The notes beneath the pieces were generated by a model that saw nothing but the letters and a program-made list of their open reading frames with translations, made no database searches and had not been told where the DNA came from. This document shows positions 19,890 to 29,104 of a DNA stretch of 64,000 nucleotides, piece after piece. The position numbers were made by a program, and so were the translations under genes. The first letter of the stretch is position 1. Every line of letters begins with the position of its first letter. The DNA is taken from NCBI GenBank assembly GCA_938041445.1, contig CALISO010000013.1:1092-65091 (forward strand). Direction: 5' to 3'. This DNA is from an uncultured Saprospiraceae bacterium (GTDB taxonomy: Bacteria; Bacteroidota; Bacteroidia; Chitinophagales; Saprospiraceae).

Positions 19890-20576
19890 CTAAACACTCC
19901 CTAACTTCAACATATATTCATCTAGATACTCCTTTTTTCGTTTGAGTCGGTATTGCATCACCCATCTTGGATGTGGTAGGGGGATAACTTCATCAAAGAA
20001 TTGTTCTTTTTCATTAAGCTTATGGAAGAACTTGAAGTTTTTACCTTGGCCTAAGATGAAGACCTTATCGGTCGCAAGCCCAAACTTAATCTGATCATGG
20101 ACATAAGCTATGATGTGGGGAGTCAGACTTTTCTCAAGATCTTTGTCATCGTAATAATTAATGTTCTTTCCGTTCTTGACAAAGCCTAATGGGACAACTG
20201 AGCTGATTAAAAACTTCTGATAAAATGATTCAATAGTACCATACTCTTTGATCATTTCATAGATAAATATAGCCGACAATTCATATCGCTTATGAAATGG
20301 GTTTTCGATGCTGCATTCTGCTTCCAATATTTTAGGATCGGTGAATGGGATACCGGTAATTCCAGCTCCAAAGCGTCCAGGATTGATACCCACGATCAAG
20401 TGTCGCTGATTGTGGTCTGAAAAATACTTATGATAAAACAGCTCGAAGTAAGGCCTGGCATCTGCATTAGCAAACGGATTAAGTAAGCTTATCCCTGGTG
20501 GTAGTTGCCACTTACTTGGATCTAAGTCATAATAAAACTTGATAATTTGATTTGCTAAAGACATTGACTTAGACAT
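19890..20576 (-). CDS. Uracil-DNA glycosylase superfamily protein, family-3/SMUG-like
   Basis: Motif A-like GINPGRFGAGITGIPFTDP and motif B-like LPHPRW. The track start at 20585 is TTG. ATG candidates lie at 20576 (8-nt overlap with the upstream GT4) and 20564. Confidence 0.7.
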   Translation of the reverse strand: MSKSMSLANQIIKFYYDLDPSKWQLPPGISLLNPFANADARPYFELFYHKYFSDHNQRHLIVGINPGRFGAGITGIPFTDPKILEAECSIENPFHKRYELSAIFIYEMIKEYGTIESFYQKFLISSVVPLGFVKNGKNINYYDDKDLEKSLTPHIIAYVHDQIKFGLATDKVFILGQGKNFKFFHKLNEKEQFFDEVIPLPHPRWVMQYRLKRKKEYLDEYMLKLGSV

Positions 20577-21675
20577 TCTTGACAAGGTTAATCAATTCTT
20601 GATATGTGGTCATTGCTGTATTGTCCCAACTATATGCTGACAAACGCTTTCTACCTAGGATGACACAATTTTCTCTTATGGTTGTATTCGTTGTTACCTG
20701 ATAAAATGCATTGGCCATTTCATCTATTGATAATGGATTAATCTTGATGGCTGCATCTTGTGCTACCTCTGCCATGCTACCAATATTAGATGTGATGACA
20801 GGAGTATCACATGCGAAACCTTCTAAGATTGGTATCCCAAATCCTTCAAAAAGGCTCGGGTAGACTAAGGCTGACGCATTAGAGATGAGGGTATTAACTT
20901 CTGAGACTTTATCTTGAATATGGATGATATCCTGATTGAAAGTTGCTTTAGTCAAAGCCTCCGAAATCTGTTCACTCTTCCAGGCAAGTCTGCCTACGAT
21001 GACTAGTTTGTGATCAGTTTTATGCGCTTCCTTGAACTTGTCAAATGCGGCTATCATCCGCACAATATTTTTCCTTGGATTCAGAGAACCAATGTATATA
21101 AAGTAGTCCGAACCATTCACAACGGATTTGTCTTTAATATCGGATGCTTTCATCGAGGTACTATTCCCAGCAACCTTAATTTTGCTTGGAACAATTCCAT
21201 ACGTATCGATGATATCTTGTTTCGTAGTTTGTGATACTGCGATGATTGACTTAGCTGTCTGATGGAAGCGGTTGGCATATTTACGCAAGTATCGCAGATG
21301 ATGCGCATAAGTCAAGTCATCATAATGCTCAAATGCCAAATCGTGACTCACTAGTAACTGAGGTATATGTGTTCTTAAGCTTGCATATCCATCGCCAGTG
21401 TAGAGCACATCAATACCATCTTTTTGCATTCTCCAAGGTAGTAAATAGTCAAACCAAATCTTCCAAAGCCATGGATGTCTCGCAGGAGGTGGCAATATAT
21501 GTGGAACAACATTAGGGCCGTAGATGTAGTCTGATTCATACGGTCTATCAAAGTAGAAATGAAAAGTATCCTCAGGATGATCCGTGACCATCCGAGCTAC
21601 AGTCTCGTGTATATATCTCGTAATTCCTTCCTTTATGCCAGGAAGTAGCATCCTTGTATTGACACCTATAATCAT
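20569..21675 (-). CDS. Glycosyltransferase family 4 (GT-B)
   Basis: The track start at 21693 is GTG. ATG 21675 gives MIIGVNTRML. C-terminal GT1 block (LVYPSLFEGFGIPILEGFACDTPVITSNIGSMAEV). Confidence 0.85.
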   Translation of the reverse strand: MIIGVNTRMLLPGIKEGITRYIHETVARMVTDHPEDTFHFYFDRPYESDYIYGPNVVPHILPPPARHPWLWKIWFDYLLPWRMQKDGIDVLYTGDGYASLRTHIPQLLVSHDLAFEHYDDLTYAHHLRYLRKYANRFHQTAKSIIAVSQTTKQDIIDTYGIVPSKIKVAGNSTSMKASDIKDKSVVNGSDYFIYIGSLNPRKNIVRMIAAFDKFKEAHKTDHKLVIVGRLAWKSEQISEALTKATFNQDIIHIQDKVSEVNTLISNASALVYPSLFEGFGIPILEGFACDTPVITSNIGSMAEVAQDAAIKINPLSIDEMANAFYQVTTNTTIRENCVILGRKRLSAYSWDNTAMTTYQELINLVKNV

Positions 21676-21698
21676 CAGGACACAAAGTAACACATTTC

Positions 21699-22814
21699 CT
21701 AATCGATAGTACTGTGATTGATTATCTCATCCATTGACTTAGCGATAGTAGACCACTCATATTTTTGCATCTCCTGTGAAAAATCTTGATCATAGGATTT
21801 ACTAGTAAGTTGGATAATTAATTTTTCTCTAAACTCTTGATCATCCGTATAAAAGCAACCTACATATGCTTCAGGATCAATGTGCTCCGCAAAGGCGAGT
21901 CGATTGGGCAGAAGCGGGATACATCCATAGGCAATTCCTTCTACAGTTGATATTCCGAAAAAATCTTGATTCGATGTCACAGGAAGATGGGTGCAAGATG
22001 CAATGAGGTTATGATAATCACTTCGACTCTCTACATAACCTACGTGTGCAATATTGTCTTTTAGCTTTTCAATAGAGTCCTTGAATTCTGAAGGAATAAT
22101 GGACGTCTTACTGCCCAAGATGACTAGCTCAAACTGAATGCCTTGCTCCTTAATCGCAAGAAGAGTATCAAAGAATAATTTTGGATTCTTATCGTACTCC
22201 CATCTATGATTCCATAGGATTCGTGGGGTACTAGATTTTGGTTTTAATGGTAATCTAGGTAAGTCTATCCCTATCCCAATGACTGATGACTTATCAGCTA
22301 TAGATTTCACTGTTTCCATAGATCGATAGTCAGGCATCTTTTGAAGTAGTTTTTCTGCTCCATTTATGAATGATTGTCGATGATACTCAGAATTAAAGAT
22401 GCAATGATCTGCTACTAATGCCGAGGTATAATTGGTAAATCCATAGTGATGATCCCTACCTAATGAAGGATCTCGATCAGTTGGGCTCCAAGGATACACT
22501 AGCTGGTTCTCATGCATATACAAAGTGTATGTCGCACTTGGCATCATCGAAGTATTGAGTGACTTGAGTAGGGCCAAGTCAAGCATATCGGTAGTGAGTA
22601 TTTTATCGTAGATCATTCCAGAGCTTGCTAATTGGTCTGCAAGGTGGATAGATGCCCCATACATTCGCCACTTCCAATACTTGTCTGGCAGGGAATAGGT
22701 ATCCCAATCATATGCTGAATGTTGGATGTAGCCATTTGCCCAATAGGCATGACTTCCTCCATGGAAAGGCGAAACTATCGCATACTTTAACCGTTCTAAG
22801 TCTTGTGACATCAT
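21699..22814 (-). CDS. DUF3524 + GT-B glycosyltransferase, homologue of vertebrate GTDC1 (tRNA-queuosine alpha-mannosyltransferase)
   Basis: 371 aa. Blocks SPFHGGSH, MHENQLVYPW, FNSEYH, WNHRWEYDKNPKLFF and FFGISTVEGIAYGC match my recollection of human GTDC1 (AFYGGSH, FHENQLIYP, FNSVFN, WPHRWEHDKDPESFF, FFGVAMLEAVYCGC). Confidence 0.8.
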   Translation of the reverse strand: MMSQDLERLKYAIVSPFHGGSHAYWANGYIQHSAYDWDTYSLPDKYWKWRMYGASIHLADQLASSGMIYDKILTTDMLDLALLKSLNTSMMPSATYTLYMHENQLVYPWSPTDRDPSLGRDHHYGFTNYTSALVADHCIFNSEYHRQSFINGAEKLLQKMPDYRSMETVKSIADKSSVIGIGIDLPRLPLKPKSSTPRILWNHRWEYDKNPKLFFDTLLAIKEQGIQFELVILGSKTSIIPSEFKDSIEKLKDNIAHVGYVESRSDYHNLIASCTHLPVTSNQDFFGISTVEGIAYGCIPLLPNRLAFAEHIDPEAYVGCFYTDDQEFREKLIIQLTSKSYDQDFSQEMQKYEWSTIAKSMDEIINHSTID

Positions 22815-22869
22815 GTGAAATTAGTACACTTCAGTAATTTTGTGACGCAATATCAAGATATAACGACAG

Positions 22870-24480
22870 ATGGTCATAGAGACAGATATATTAATCATAG
22901 GTGCAGGAGTTGCTGGATTGAGTACAGCAATCAAGATAGCTGATGCAAATCCCTCATCAGAGATCCTAATCCTTACTAAGACACATAAGCAAGAAAGTAA
23001 TACACGATGGGCTCAAGGAGGTATTGCAACCGTGTGGGATTTCAGTCAAGATAACTTCGAAAAGCATATTGCTGATACACTGGATGCAGGAGATGGACTA
23101 TGTGATGAAGAAATCGTCAAGATTGTAGTCGAAGAAGGTCACGAACGAGTCAAAGAAATTATCGATTGGGGAGCCAGATTTGATAAGGAAGAAAATGGAC
23201 ATTATGACCTTGGTAAGGAAGGTGGACATACAGAGAATCGTATACTACACTACAAGGATATCACTGGATGGGAGATCCTACGAAGCTTGATTGCAAAAGC
23301 CAAAACATATAATAACATCACGATTAAAGAACACTTCTTTGCCATTGAGATTATCACTCAACATCATATGGGACACTATGTTACCCGACTGACACCTGAT
23401 ATCCAATGCTATGGTGTCTATGTGCTCAATAAAGAAGATGATCACATCAACACTATCCTAGCAAAATCAACAGTAATGTGTACTGGAGGAGGTGGTCAGG
23501 TCTACCGTAATACTACCAATCCAACTATTGCTACAGGTGACGGAATAGCAATGATGTACAGAGCTTGTGGTCGCATAGTCAATATGGAATTTGTACAATT
23601 CCACCCTACTGCCTTATTCAATCCTCAAGGAGAAAATCCAGACTTTCTTATCTCTGAAGCTGTCAGAGGAGAAGGGGCAGTACTAAAAACTATTGACGGA
23701 AAGACTTTTATGGAAAAATATGATGATCGCTTGTCGCTAGCACCAAGAGATATTGTAGCAAGAGCAATAGATAAGGAGATAAAGACAAGAGGCGATGAAT
23801 TCGTTTACCTCGATTGTAATCAGATAGATGCAGAAACAATTACACATCATTTTCCAAATATTTACGAAAAATGCAAGTCTCTTGGTATCGATATATTGAA
23901 GGGTGATATGATTCCAGTGATCCCTGCTTGCCACTATATGTGTGGCGGTATCTGGACTGATCAATATGGTCGGACGAGTATCAAGAACCTATATGCGGCA
24001 GGAGAATGTACGAGTAGTGGACTTCATGGTGCTAATCGTCTTGCGTCAAATTCTTTACTTGAAGGTTTGGTGTTTGGACATAGAGTTGCTGATATCATCA
24101 ATCAACAATTACCCTCACTTACACTTCTGAAAAATGAGATTCTTAATTGGGATGCAGACGGGACGACACATCCTAATGAAATGGTTTTACTTACTCAGAG
24201 TTGGAAAGAATTGAAGGAAATAATGAGTAACTATGTAGGTATCGTCAGGACTAATACTAGATTAAAAAGAGCCTTGGATAGAATCCATCTATTATATACT
24301 GAAACCGAACAACTCTATCAGAACACCGTAGTCTCTCCTCAACTCTGCGAGCTCAGAAATCTTATTACAATCGCTTATATGGTCACAAAGAGTGCCCAGA
24401 TCAGAAAAGAAAGTAGAGGATTACATTTCAACACTGATTACCCAGAGCGACTAGACTATCTTGAAACGGTATGGATGTAG
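22870..24480 (+). CDS. nadB: L-aspartate oxidase
   Basis: 536 aa. IIGAGVAGLS, RWAQGGIA and LYAAGECTSSGLHGANRLASNSLLE. Confidence 0.95.
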   Translation: MVIETDILIIGAGVAGLSTAIKIADANPSSEILILTKTHKQESNTRWAQGGIATVWDFSQDNFEKHIADTLDAGDGLCDEEIVKIVVEEGHERVKEIIDWGARFDKEENGHYDLGKEGGHTENRILHYKDITGWEILRSLIAKAKTYNNITIKEHFFAIEIITQHHMGHYVTRLTPDIQCYGVYVLNKEDDHINTILAKSTVMCTGGGGQVYRNTTNPTIATGDGIAMMYRACGRIVNMEFVQFHPTALFNPQGENPDFLISEAVRGEGAVLKTIDGKTFMEKYDDRLSLAPRDIVARAIDKEIKTRGDEFVYLDCNQIDAETITHHFPNIYEKCKSLGIDILKGDMIPVIPACHYMCGGIWTDQYGRTSIKNLYAAGECTSSGLHGANRLASNSLLEGLVFGHRVADIINQQLPSLTLLKNEILNWDADGTTHPNEMVLLTQSWKELKEIMSNYVGIVRTNTRLKRALDRIHLLYTETEQLYQNTVVSPQLCELRNLITIAYMVTKSAQIRKESRGLHFNTDYPERLDYLETVWM

Positions 24481-24628
24481 GGAATAAAAAAAGTGGTCAG
24501 AAAAAACTAAATCTATCTAACCACTTTGGTCTTTGGGATGACATCCAATGTTAAACAACTATTGGGGGCCCTAATCGGAATATCAAAATGAGAGTTATTT
24601 CGTTTCGATAGACAAATATAGAAAATAA

Positions 24629-25102
24629 ATGAAACATATTACACTCAGACGCAATATGTTGTTAAAAAAATGTTGTAACACCGACATTATCTCAATAGAG
24701 ATATCAAGAAACCAAATCAAAAACAATACTTTCGAGTTACTCAGAATTATGCTCACAGAAACACACAAAGCCTCCGTCACATTTGGATATACGTTACTTA
24801 TATCAGCTATTATTTACTTTCAGATAGAAGAGGAAATAAGTCTCCCAATGGCTTGTATGGTGATGTCAGCAATTATTATGTTGATCTTGAGCAAGTACGT
24901 AGAATATCGACAACAAGCTCCCTATAATGTTGTGATGACTATAACTATTGCCCTCAGTGGATATCTGTTGTATTCGATTATGCCATTGCTTCGCAAACCT
25001 GAGACGATTCTAATTGTCTTACATTCTGCTCTAGGACTATTTGGGTTATGGGTGAGCTTCTTGATGATTAAAGGCATTAAAAAATCTAGAAAACCGGCTT
25101 AG
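24629..25102 (+). CDS. Hypothetical membrane protein (about 4 TM helices)
   Basis: 157-aa ORF with an ATG start and a hydrophobic C-terminal two-thirds. The N-terminal 40 aa look non-genic, so the true start may lie further downstream. Its stop overlaps the convergent pseudouridine synthase stop. Confidence 0.4.
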   Translation: MKHITLRRNMLLKKCCNTDIISIEISRNQIKNNTFELLRIMLTETHKASVTFGYTLLISAIIYFQIEEEISLPMACMVMSAIIMLILSKYVEYRQQAPYNVVMTITIALSGYLLYSIMPLLRKPETILIVLHSALGLFGLWVSFLMIKGIKKSRKPA

Positions 25103-25818
25103 ACAAAATGCTTAAGCATTCTAATCTCTTCCCCTGTAAGTAGCCTACTATGTCCTCTTGGAAGTCCCTTCTTAGTCAATCCTGCATAATAGATACGATC
25201 AAGACGCTTAACGGTATATCCAAATGATTCGAATATTCTTCTCACGATACGGTTACGACCAATGTGTACATCGATGCTTACTCGATACTTATCCTTCACT
25301 TCTACATAGCCGACTCTATCTACTGGCACAGGACCATCTTCTAGTGTGATACCATCTCTAATAGCATTAATATTAGCTTGCGTGACTGGCTCTTCCAGTG
25401 TGATGATATAAGACTTGATTATATCGCTGCTAGGATGAGAAAGCTTGCGAGCTAGATCGCCGTCATTAGTTATCAATAATAGACCAGTCGTATTACGATC
25501 CAATCTTCCAACAGGATAGACGCGGTCAGACACTTTATCCTGGACCATATCCCATACTGTCTTGCGACCTCTGTCATCACTCATAGTTGTGAGGACATTT
25601 TTGGGTTTATTGAGCAATAGGTAAGTGTGATTGATTGTAGGTTTGAGAGTCTTACCTTGATAGATGACCTTATCATTGACGCTGACTTCAAATGCTGGTG
25701 CTGTGACAATCTCTCCATTGACAGTAATCTTGCCAGCCTTAACGAGCTCTGCAGCCTTACGTCTCGAACATACACCTGAGTGAGCAATGTACTTATTGAG
25801 CTTATAAACTTTAGCCAT
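25099..25818 (-). CDS. rRNA pseudouridine synthase, RsuA/RluB family (S4 domain + catalytic domain)
   Basis: 239 aa. S4 motif LNKYIAHSGVCSRRKAAELVKAGKITVNG and catalytic GRLDRNTTGLLLITNDG. Confidence 0.9.
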   Translation of the reverse strand: MAKVYKLNKYIAHSGVCSRRKAAELVKAGKITVNGEIVTAPAFEVSVNDKVIYQGKTLKPTINHTYLLLNKPKNVLTTMSDDRGRKTVWDMVQDKVSDRVYPVGRLDRNTTGLLLITNDGDLARKLSHPSSDIIKSYIITLEEPVTQANINAIRDGITLEDGPVPVDRVGYVEVKDKYRVSIDVHIGRNRIVRRIFESFGYTVKRLDRIYYAGLTKKGLPRGHSRLLTGEEIRMLKHFV

Positions 25819-25826
25819 AATTGCTA

Positions 25827-27332
25827 TTAAAATCCTAAATCCATAGACTCATCATCTTCATTTATTTTAGAAGATGCCTTGATGAAACTTGTAGCCTGAG
25901 CTTCTGAGCCAGCTCCGAATGGATCTGACATAATATTGTCAAATGAATTGAAGCCGCCTTGATATTCGGCAAACTTGACGTAGTCTTGAAGGAATGAAAG
26001 TTTGACAGTTTCCAATGCACCATTTCTGTGCTTGGCAATGATGATCTCTGCTAGGTTACCAGCCGGATCATCTTCAGTGAAACCATAGTATCCTGGTCGA
26101 TAGATGAATGTCACGATATCTGCATCTTGCTCGATTGCTCCAGATTCCCGAAGATCGGATAACATTGGTCGCTTATCTCCTGATCTTGACTCTACAGCCC
26201 TTGACAACTGAGACAGTGCAATTACTGGAACATCCATCTCTTTCGCAAGTCCCTTAAGTGATCTTGAGATCATACTTATTTCTTGCTCTCTATTTCCACC
26301 TTTGGACTTAGGTCCAGCAGACATCAGTTGCAAGTAATCTATCACAACGAGTTGAATATTGTGCTTTTGCTTGAGCCTTCTCACTTTTGCCCTGAGTTCA
26401 AAAATATTGATCGCAGGCGTATCATCAATAAATATCGGTAGTTCAGACAATGTCTCTACTGACTTCTGTAGGATTGGCCAATCAGCATCATCAAGCTTAC
26501 CAGATCTCAACTTACTAGAATCTAGTTGAGAGTCCATAGAGATAAGACGTGAAGTCAATTGCTTACCACTCATCTCCAGCGAGAAGAATGCTACACCTTG
26601 ACCATCTTCTGCAGCGTTCTTTGCTAAACTCAGGGTAAATGCTGTCTTACCCATACCTGGTCTGGCTGCGATGATGATTAGATCAGATGACTGCCATCCA
26701 TTCGTTAACTTATCTAAGCCATCAAATCCAGTAGTGACTCCAGTCAACCCATCTTCCTTCTTAGATATCTCATCTATTTCATCCAATACCTGTGGAGCAA
26801 GGATTGAAACTTTTTGGAATCCAGTATTGAGGTTCTTATCTGTTATATCAAACAGCTTAGACTCAGCTTCATCCATAAGCTCTAAGACATCTTTAGCGTC
26901 TTCGAATGAGTCTTTTATAGTTTCAGTGGAGATTCTGATAAGTTCTCTCTGTATATACTTCTGAGTAAGGATCCTTGCGTGATACTCGACATTTGCTGCT
27001 GAGGCGATCCGTTCAGTCAACTGCACTAAATAACTAATACCTCCAATATCTTCAATCTTCTGTGCCTTGATCAATGCCTCTCTTACTGTGAGGATATCTA
27101 TAGGCTTCTGGAAGTTGTATAGAGACTCCATAACCGCATAGATCTCAACATGTGCCTGGACATAAAATGTCTCTGGTCTCAATATCTCTGACACTAGAGA
27201 CATCGCTTCTCTATCCATCATAATTGCACCCAAAACAGCTTCTTCTAACTCAGTTGCCTGTGGTTGTATTTTTCCATACAACATCGGATCAACATCAGTA
27301 AAAGTGCCTTTCTTATTTGGGTAGTCAGCCAT
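25827..27332 (-). CDS. dnaB: Replicative DNA helicase
   Basis: Walker A ARPGMGKTAF, plus IDYLQLM and SQLSRAVE. The track start at 27380 is TTG. I prefer ATG 27332 (MADYPNKKG). Confidence 0.95.
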   Translation of the reverse strand: MADYPNKKGTFTDVDPMLYGKIQPQATELEEAVLGAIMMDREAMSLVSEILRPETFYVQAHVEIYAVMESLYNFQKPIDILTVREALIKAQKIEDIGGISYLVQLTERIASAANVEYHARILTQKYIQRELIRISTETIKDSFEDAKDVLELMDEAESKLFDITDKNLNTGFQKVSILAPQVLDEIDEISKKEDGLTGVTTGFDGLDKLTNGWQSSDLIIIAARPGMGKTAFTLSLAKNAAEDGQGVAFFSLEMSGKQLTSRLISMDSQLDSSKLRSGKLDDADWPILQKSVETLSELPIFIDDTPAINIFELRAKVRRLKQKHNIQLVVIDYLQLMSAGPKSKGGNREQEISMISRSLKGLAKEMDVPVIALSQLSRAVESRSGDKRPMLSDLRESGAIEQDADIVTFIYRPGYYGFTEDDPAGNLAEIIIAKHRNGALETVKLSFLQDYVKFAEYQGGFNSFDNIMSDPFGAGSEAQATSFIKASSKINEDDESMDLGF

Positions 27333-27524
27333 TGTGAGGATAAAAAATTGAGTGTTTAGGGGAAATAATTGATATGTCAATATCTCTAATACGAAGATAC
27401 ATCAATTCTGTCAGATGACTTAATGAACAATTCCACAATGGAGTGTTGGAAAACTTGTGGAAAAGTCGCAATGGTATCGACGGCGCATCTGACTACCAAC
27501 CATATGGTTATAAAAGATTCAATT

Positions 27525-27564
27525 AAAAAGAAAACAGGCCTCATCTGTAAGAATGAAGCCTGTT
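27525..27564 (-). terminator. Rho-independent terminator after the 27598..28266 gene
   Basis: 12-bp stem with one mismatch (27533-27544 / 27553-27564), followed on the minus strand by the tail UUCUUUUUAAUU. Confidence 0.6.
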
Positions 27565-27597
27565 GGTATCTTTTGTATTCAGAAGAGAAGTGAAAAA

Positions 27598-28266
27598 TTA
27601 CTTGTTCTTCCCAATATTATTCAGCTTAGTTTTTACAGCTTCTATGATTCCTTGCTGTTCAACAATCTGAGCTTCTGATGCTTCTTGCTCTGACAGATTA
27701 GTGATGATATTATCCTCTGCTTCACTAATCTTTTGCTCATAGTCAGCGATATCCTCATGCAACTTTTGATTCTGCTTTTTCAGCTTATCTAAGTCCTTGT
27801 TGTAGTCTTTAAGTACTTCTTCCTGATCATCCAGTTCATCTTCTACAACTAGTGTATAAACCATATCAGAATACGTAGTCAACATAGACTCGATCTCGGC
27901 AATCTTATCTGGAGAGTTCTGCCCATCGATGAATACTGATCCATCGTCAAAGAATACAGATGTCCTTGTCACTCCATTACCTTCAGCAACTTTAAAGTAC
28001 ACACCTAAGTCCTTGGTTGAGACACCTGGCATCTCTGCTTCAGTAGTTTCCCAAGTATTAGATTTTCGATTGAACTTCGTCTTCTTGCTATAAGGTTTCA
28101 TGAAATCTTTCCATGCTTGTTCAGCATGCTTTTCTGTAGCTCCTTGGTGTTCTACGACAAATGCATTCTGTGTGCCAAATGATGCTGATACTTTCTCTTG
28201 CGTTACTTGGCTCAAACCCATCGTCGCGAGCAAAAGTATAAATAGTGTAGTAATCCCTATTTTCAT
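27598..28266 (-). CDS. Secreted hypothetical protein with C-terminal acidic coiled coil
   Basis: 222 aa. Signal peptide MKIGITTLFILLLATMGLSQ. C-terminal heptad-like E/K/Q-rich region. Confidence 0.6.
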   Translation of the reverse strand: MKIGITTLFILLLATMGLSQVTQEKVSASFGTQNAFVVEHQGATEKHAEQAWKDFMKPYSKKTKFNRKSNTWETTEAEMPGVSTKDLGVYFKVAEGNGVTRTSVFFDDGSVFIDGQNSPDKIAEIESMLTTYSDMVYTLVVEDELDDQEEVLKDYNKDLDKLKKQNQKLHEDIADYEQKISEAEDNIITNLSEQEASEAQIVEQQGIIEAVKTKLNNIGKNK

Positions 28267-28330
28267 AATTCTAGATTTAGTTGTTTCACATTATAGTATC
28301 AGTTGGAATCTGGTATGTCTGATTTAAAAA

Positions 28331-29056
28331 TTAGTTCTGTACCAATTCTACACTTCTATCGATGAGTCTAAATCCATTGCCATGAATATTGACAATCTCT
28401 AGATCGTCATCTTTTGCAAGATACTTTCTAAGCTTTGTTACAAATACATCCATACTTCTCGCAGTAAAGTAATTGTCTTCACCCCAGATTTTAGTCAATG
28501 CAACACTTCTTGGTAATACATCATTCTTGTACATGCAAAACATTCTAAGTAAGTGTGCCTCTTTTGGCGACAGCTTGTCTAATTCTTTTTTGCCTGAAGG
28601 CTCATACATCAACTCTCTCAATGGGTAATTGAAGTGAAATGCTCCTAGATCAAATTCCTTTACGTCCTCTTTAGGATCAGCTTTCTTGCCAGAACGCTTA
28701 AGAATCGCATGGACTCTCATCAATAACTCTTCAGAGTTGAATGGCTTAGTGATATAATCATCAGCTCCTATCTTAAAACCTTCAACAATATCTTCTTTCA
28801 ATGTCTTAGCTGTTAAGAAGATGATTGGAACTTCCGTATTGAAATCTCTGACATCTTTTGCAAGCGTGAAACCATCCTTCTTTGGCATCATGACATCAAA
28901 TATGCACAAGTCATATGTTCCTTTTTTGAATGCTTCCAATCCTGCTTCGCCATCTGTAGCCAAGGTAATTTCAAAGTCATTCATCTCTAGATATGATTTC
29001 AGTACATCACCAAAATTTCTATCATCTTCGACTAAAAGTATTTTTTGCAATTCCAT
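28331..29056 (-). CDS. Response regulator transcription factor, OmpR/PhoB family
   Basis: 241 aa. Receiver domain (LLVEDD, DVMMPKKDG, LTAK) plus winged-helix output (LSPKEAHLLRMF...RKYL). Confidence 0.95.
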   Translation of the reverse strand: MELQKILLVEDDRNFGDVLKSYLEMNDFEITLATDGEAGLEAFKKGTYDLCIFDVMMPKKDGFTLAKDVRDFNTEVPIIFLTAKTLKEDIVEGFKIGADDYITKPFNSEELLMRVHAILKRSGKKADPKEDVKEFDLGAFHFNYPLRELMYEPSGKKELDKLSPKEAHLLRMFCMYKNDVLPRSVALTKIWGEDNYFTARSMDVFVTKLRKYLAKDDDLEIVNIHGNGFRLIDRSVELVQN

Positions 29057-29104
29057 GTAATTTTGTTATTAAAGGTAGTTTTTACAATATTAAGATGTTA
29101 AAGT

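Noticed and set aside
24491-24526. AAGTGGT...ACCACTT hairpin after nadB
   Set aside because: A 7-bp stem with a 22-nt loop and a poor U-tail. Plausible but too weak to list as a terminator.
27429-27464. Inverted pair TTCCACAA / TTGTGGAA including a TTTTCCACA 8/9 match to the DnaA box, upstream of dnaB
   Set aside because: A single 8/9 and a 6/9 match are expected by chance in AT-rich DNA. There is no cluster of boxes or AT-rich unwinding element, so this is not evidence for an origin or DnaA regulation.
27438-27593. Unlisted 51-aa + strand ORF with two Cys pairs (MECWKTCGK...CKNEACW...) between dnaB and the upstream gene
   Set aside because: The second Cys pair is encoded by the two arms of the terminator hairpin at 27533-27564. 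There is no recognisable ribosome-binding or promoter context. Most likely a chance ORF.
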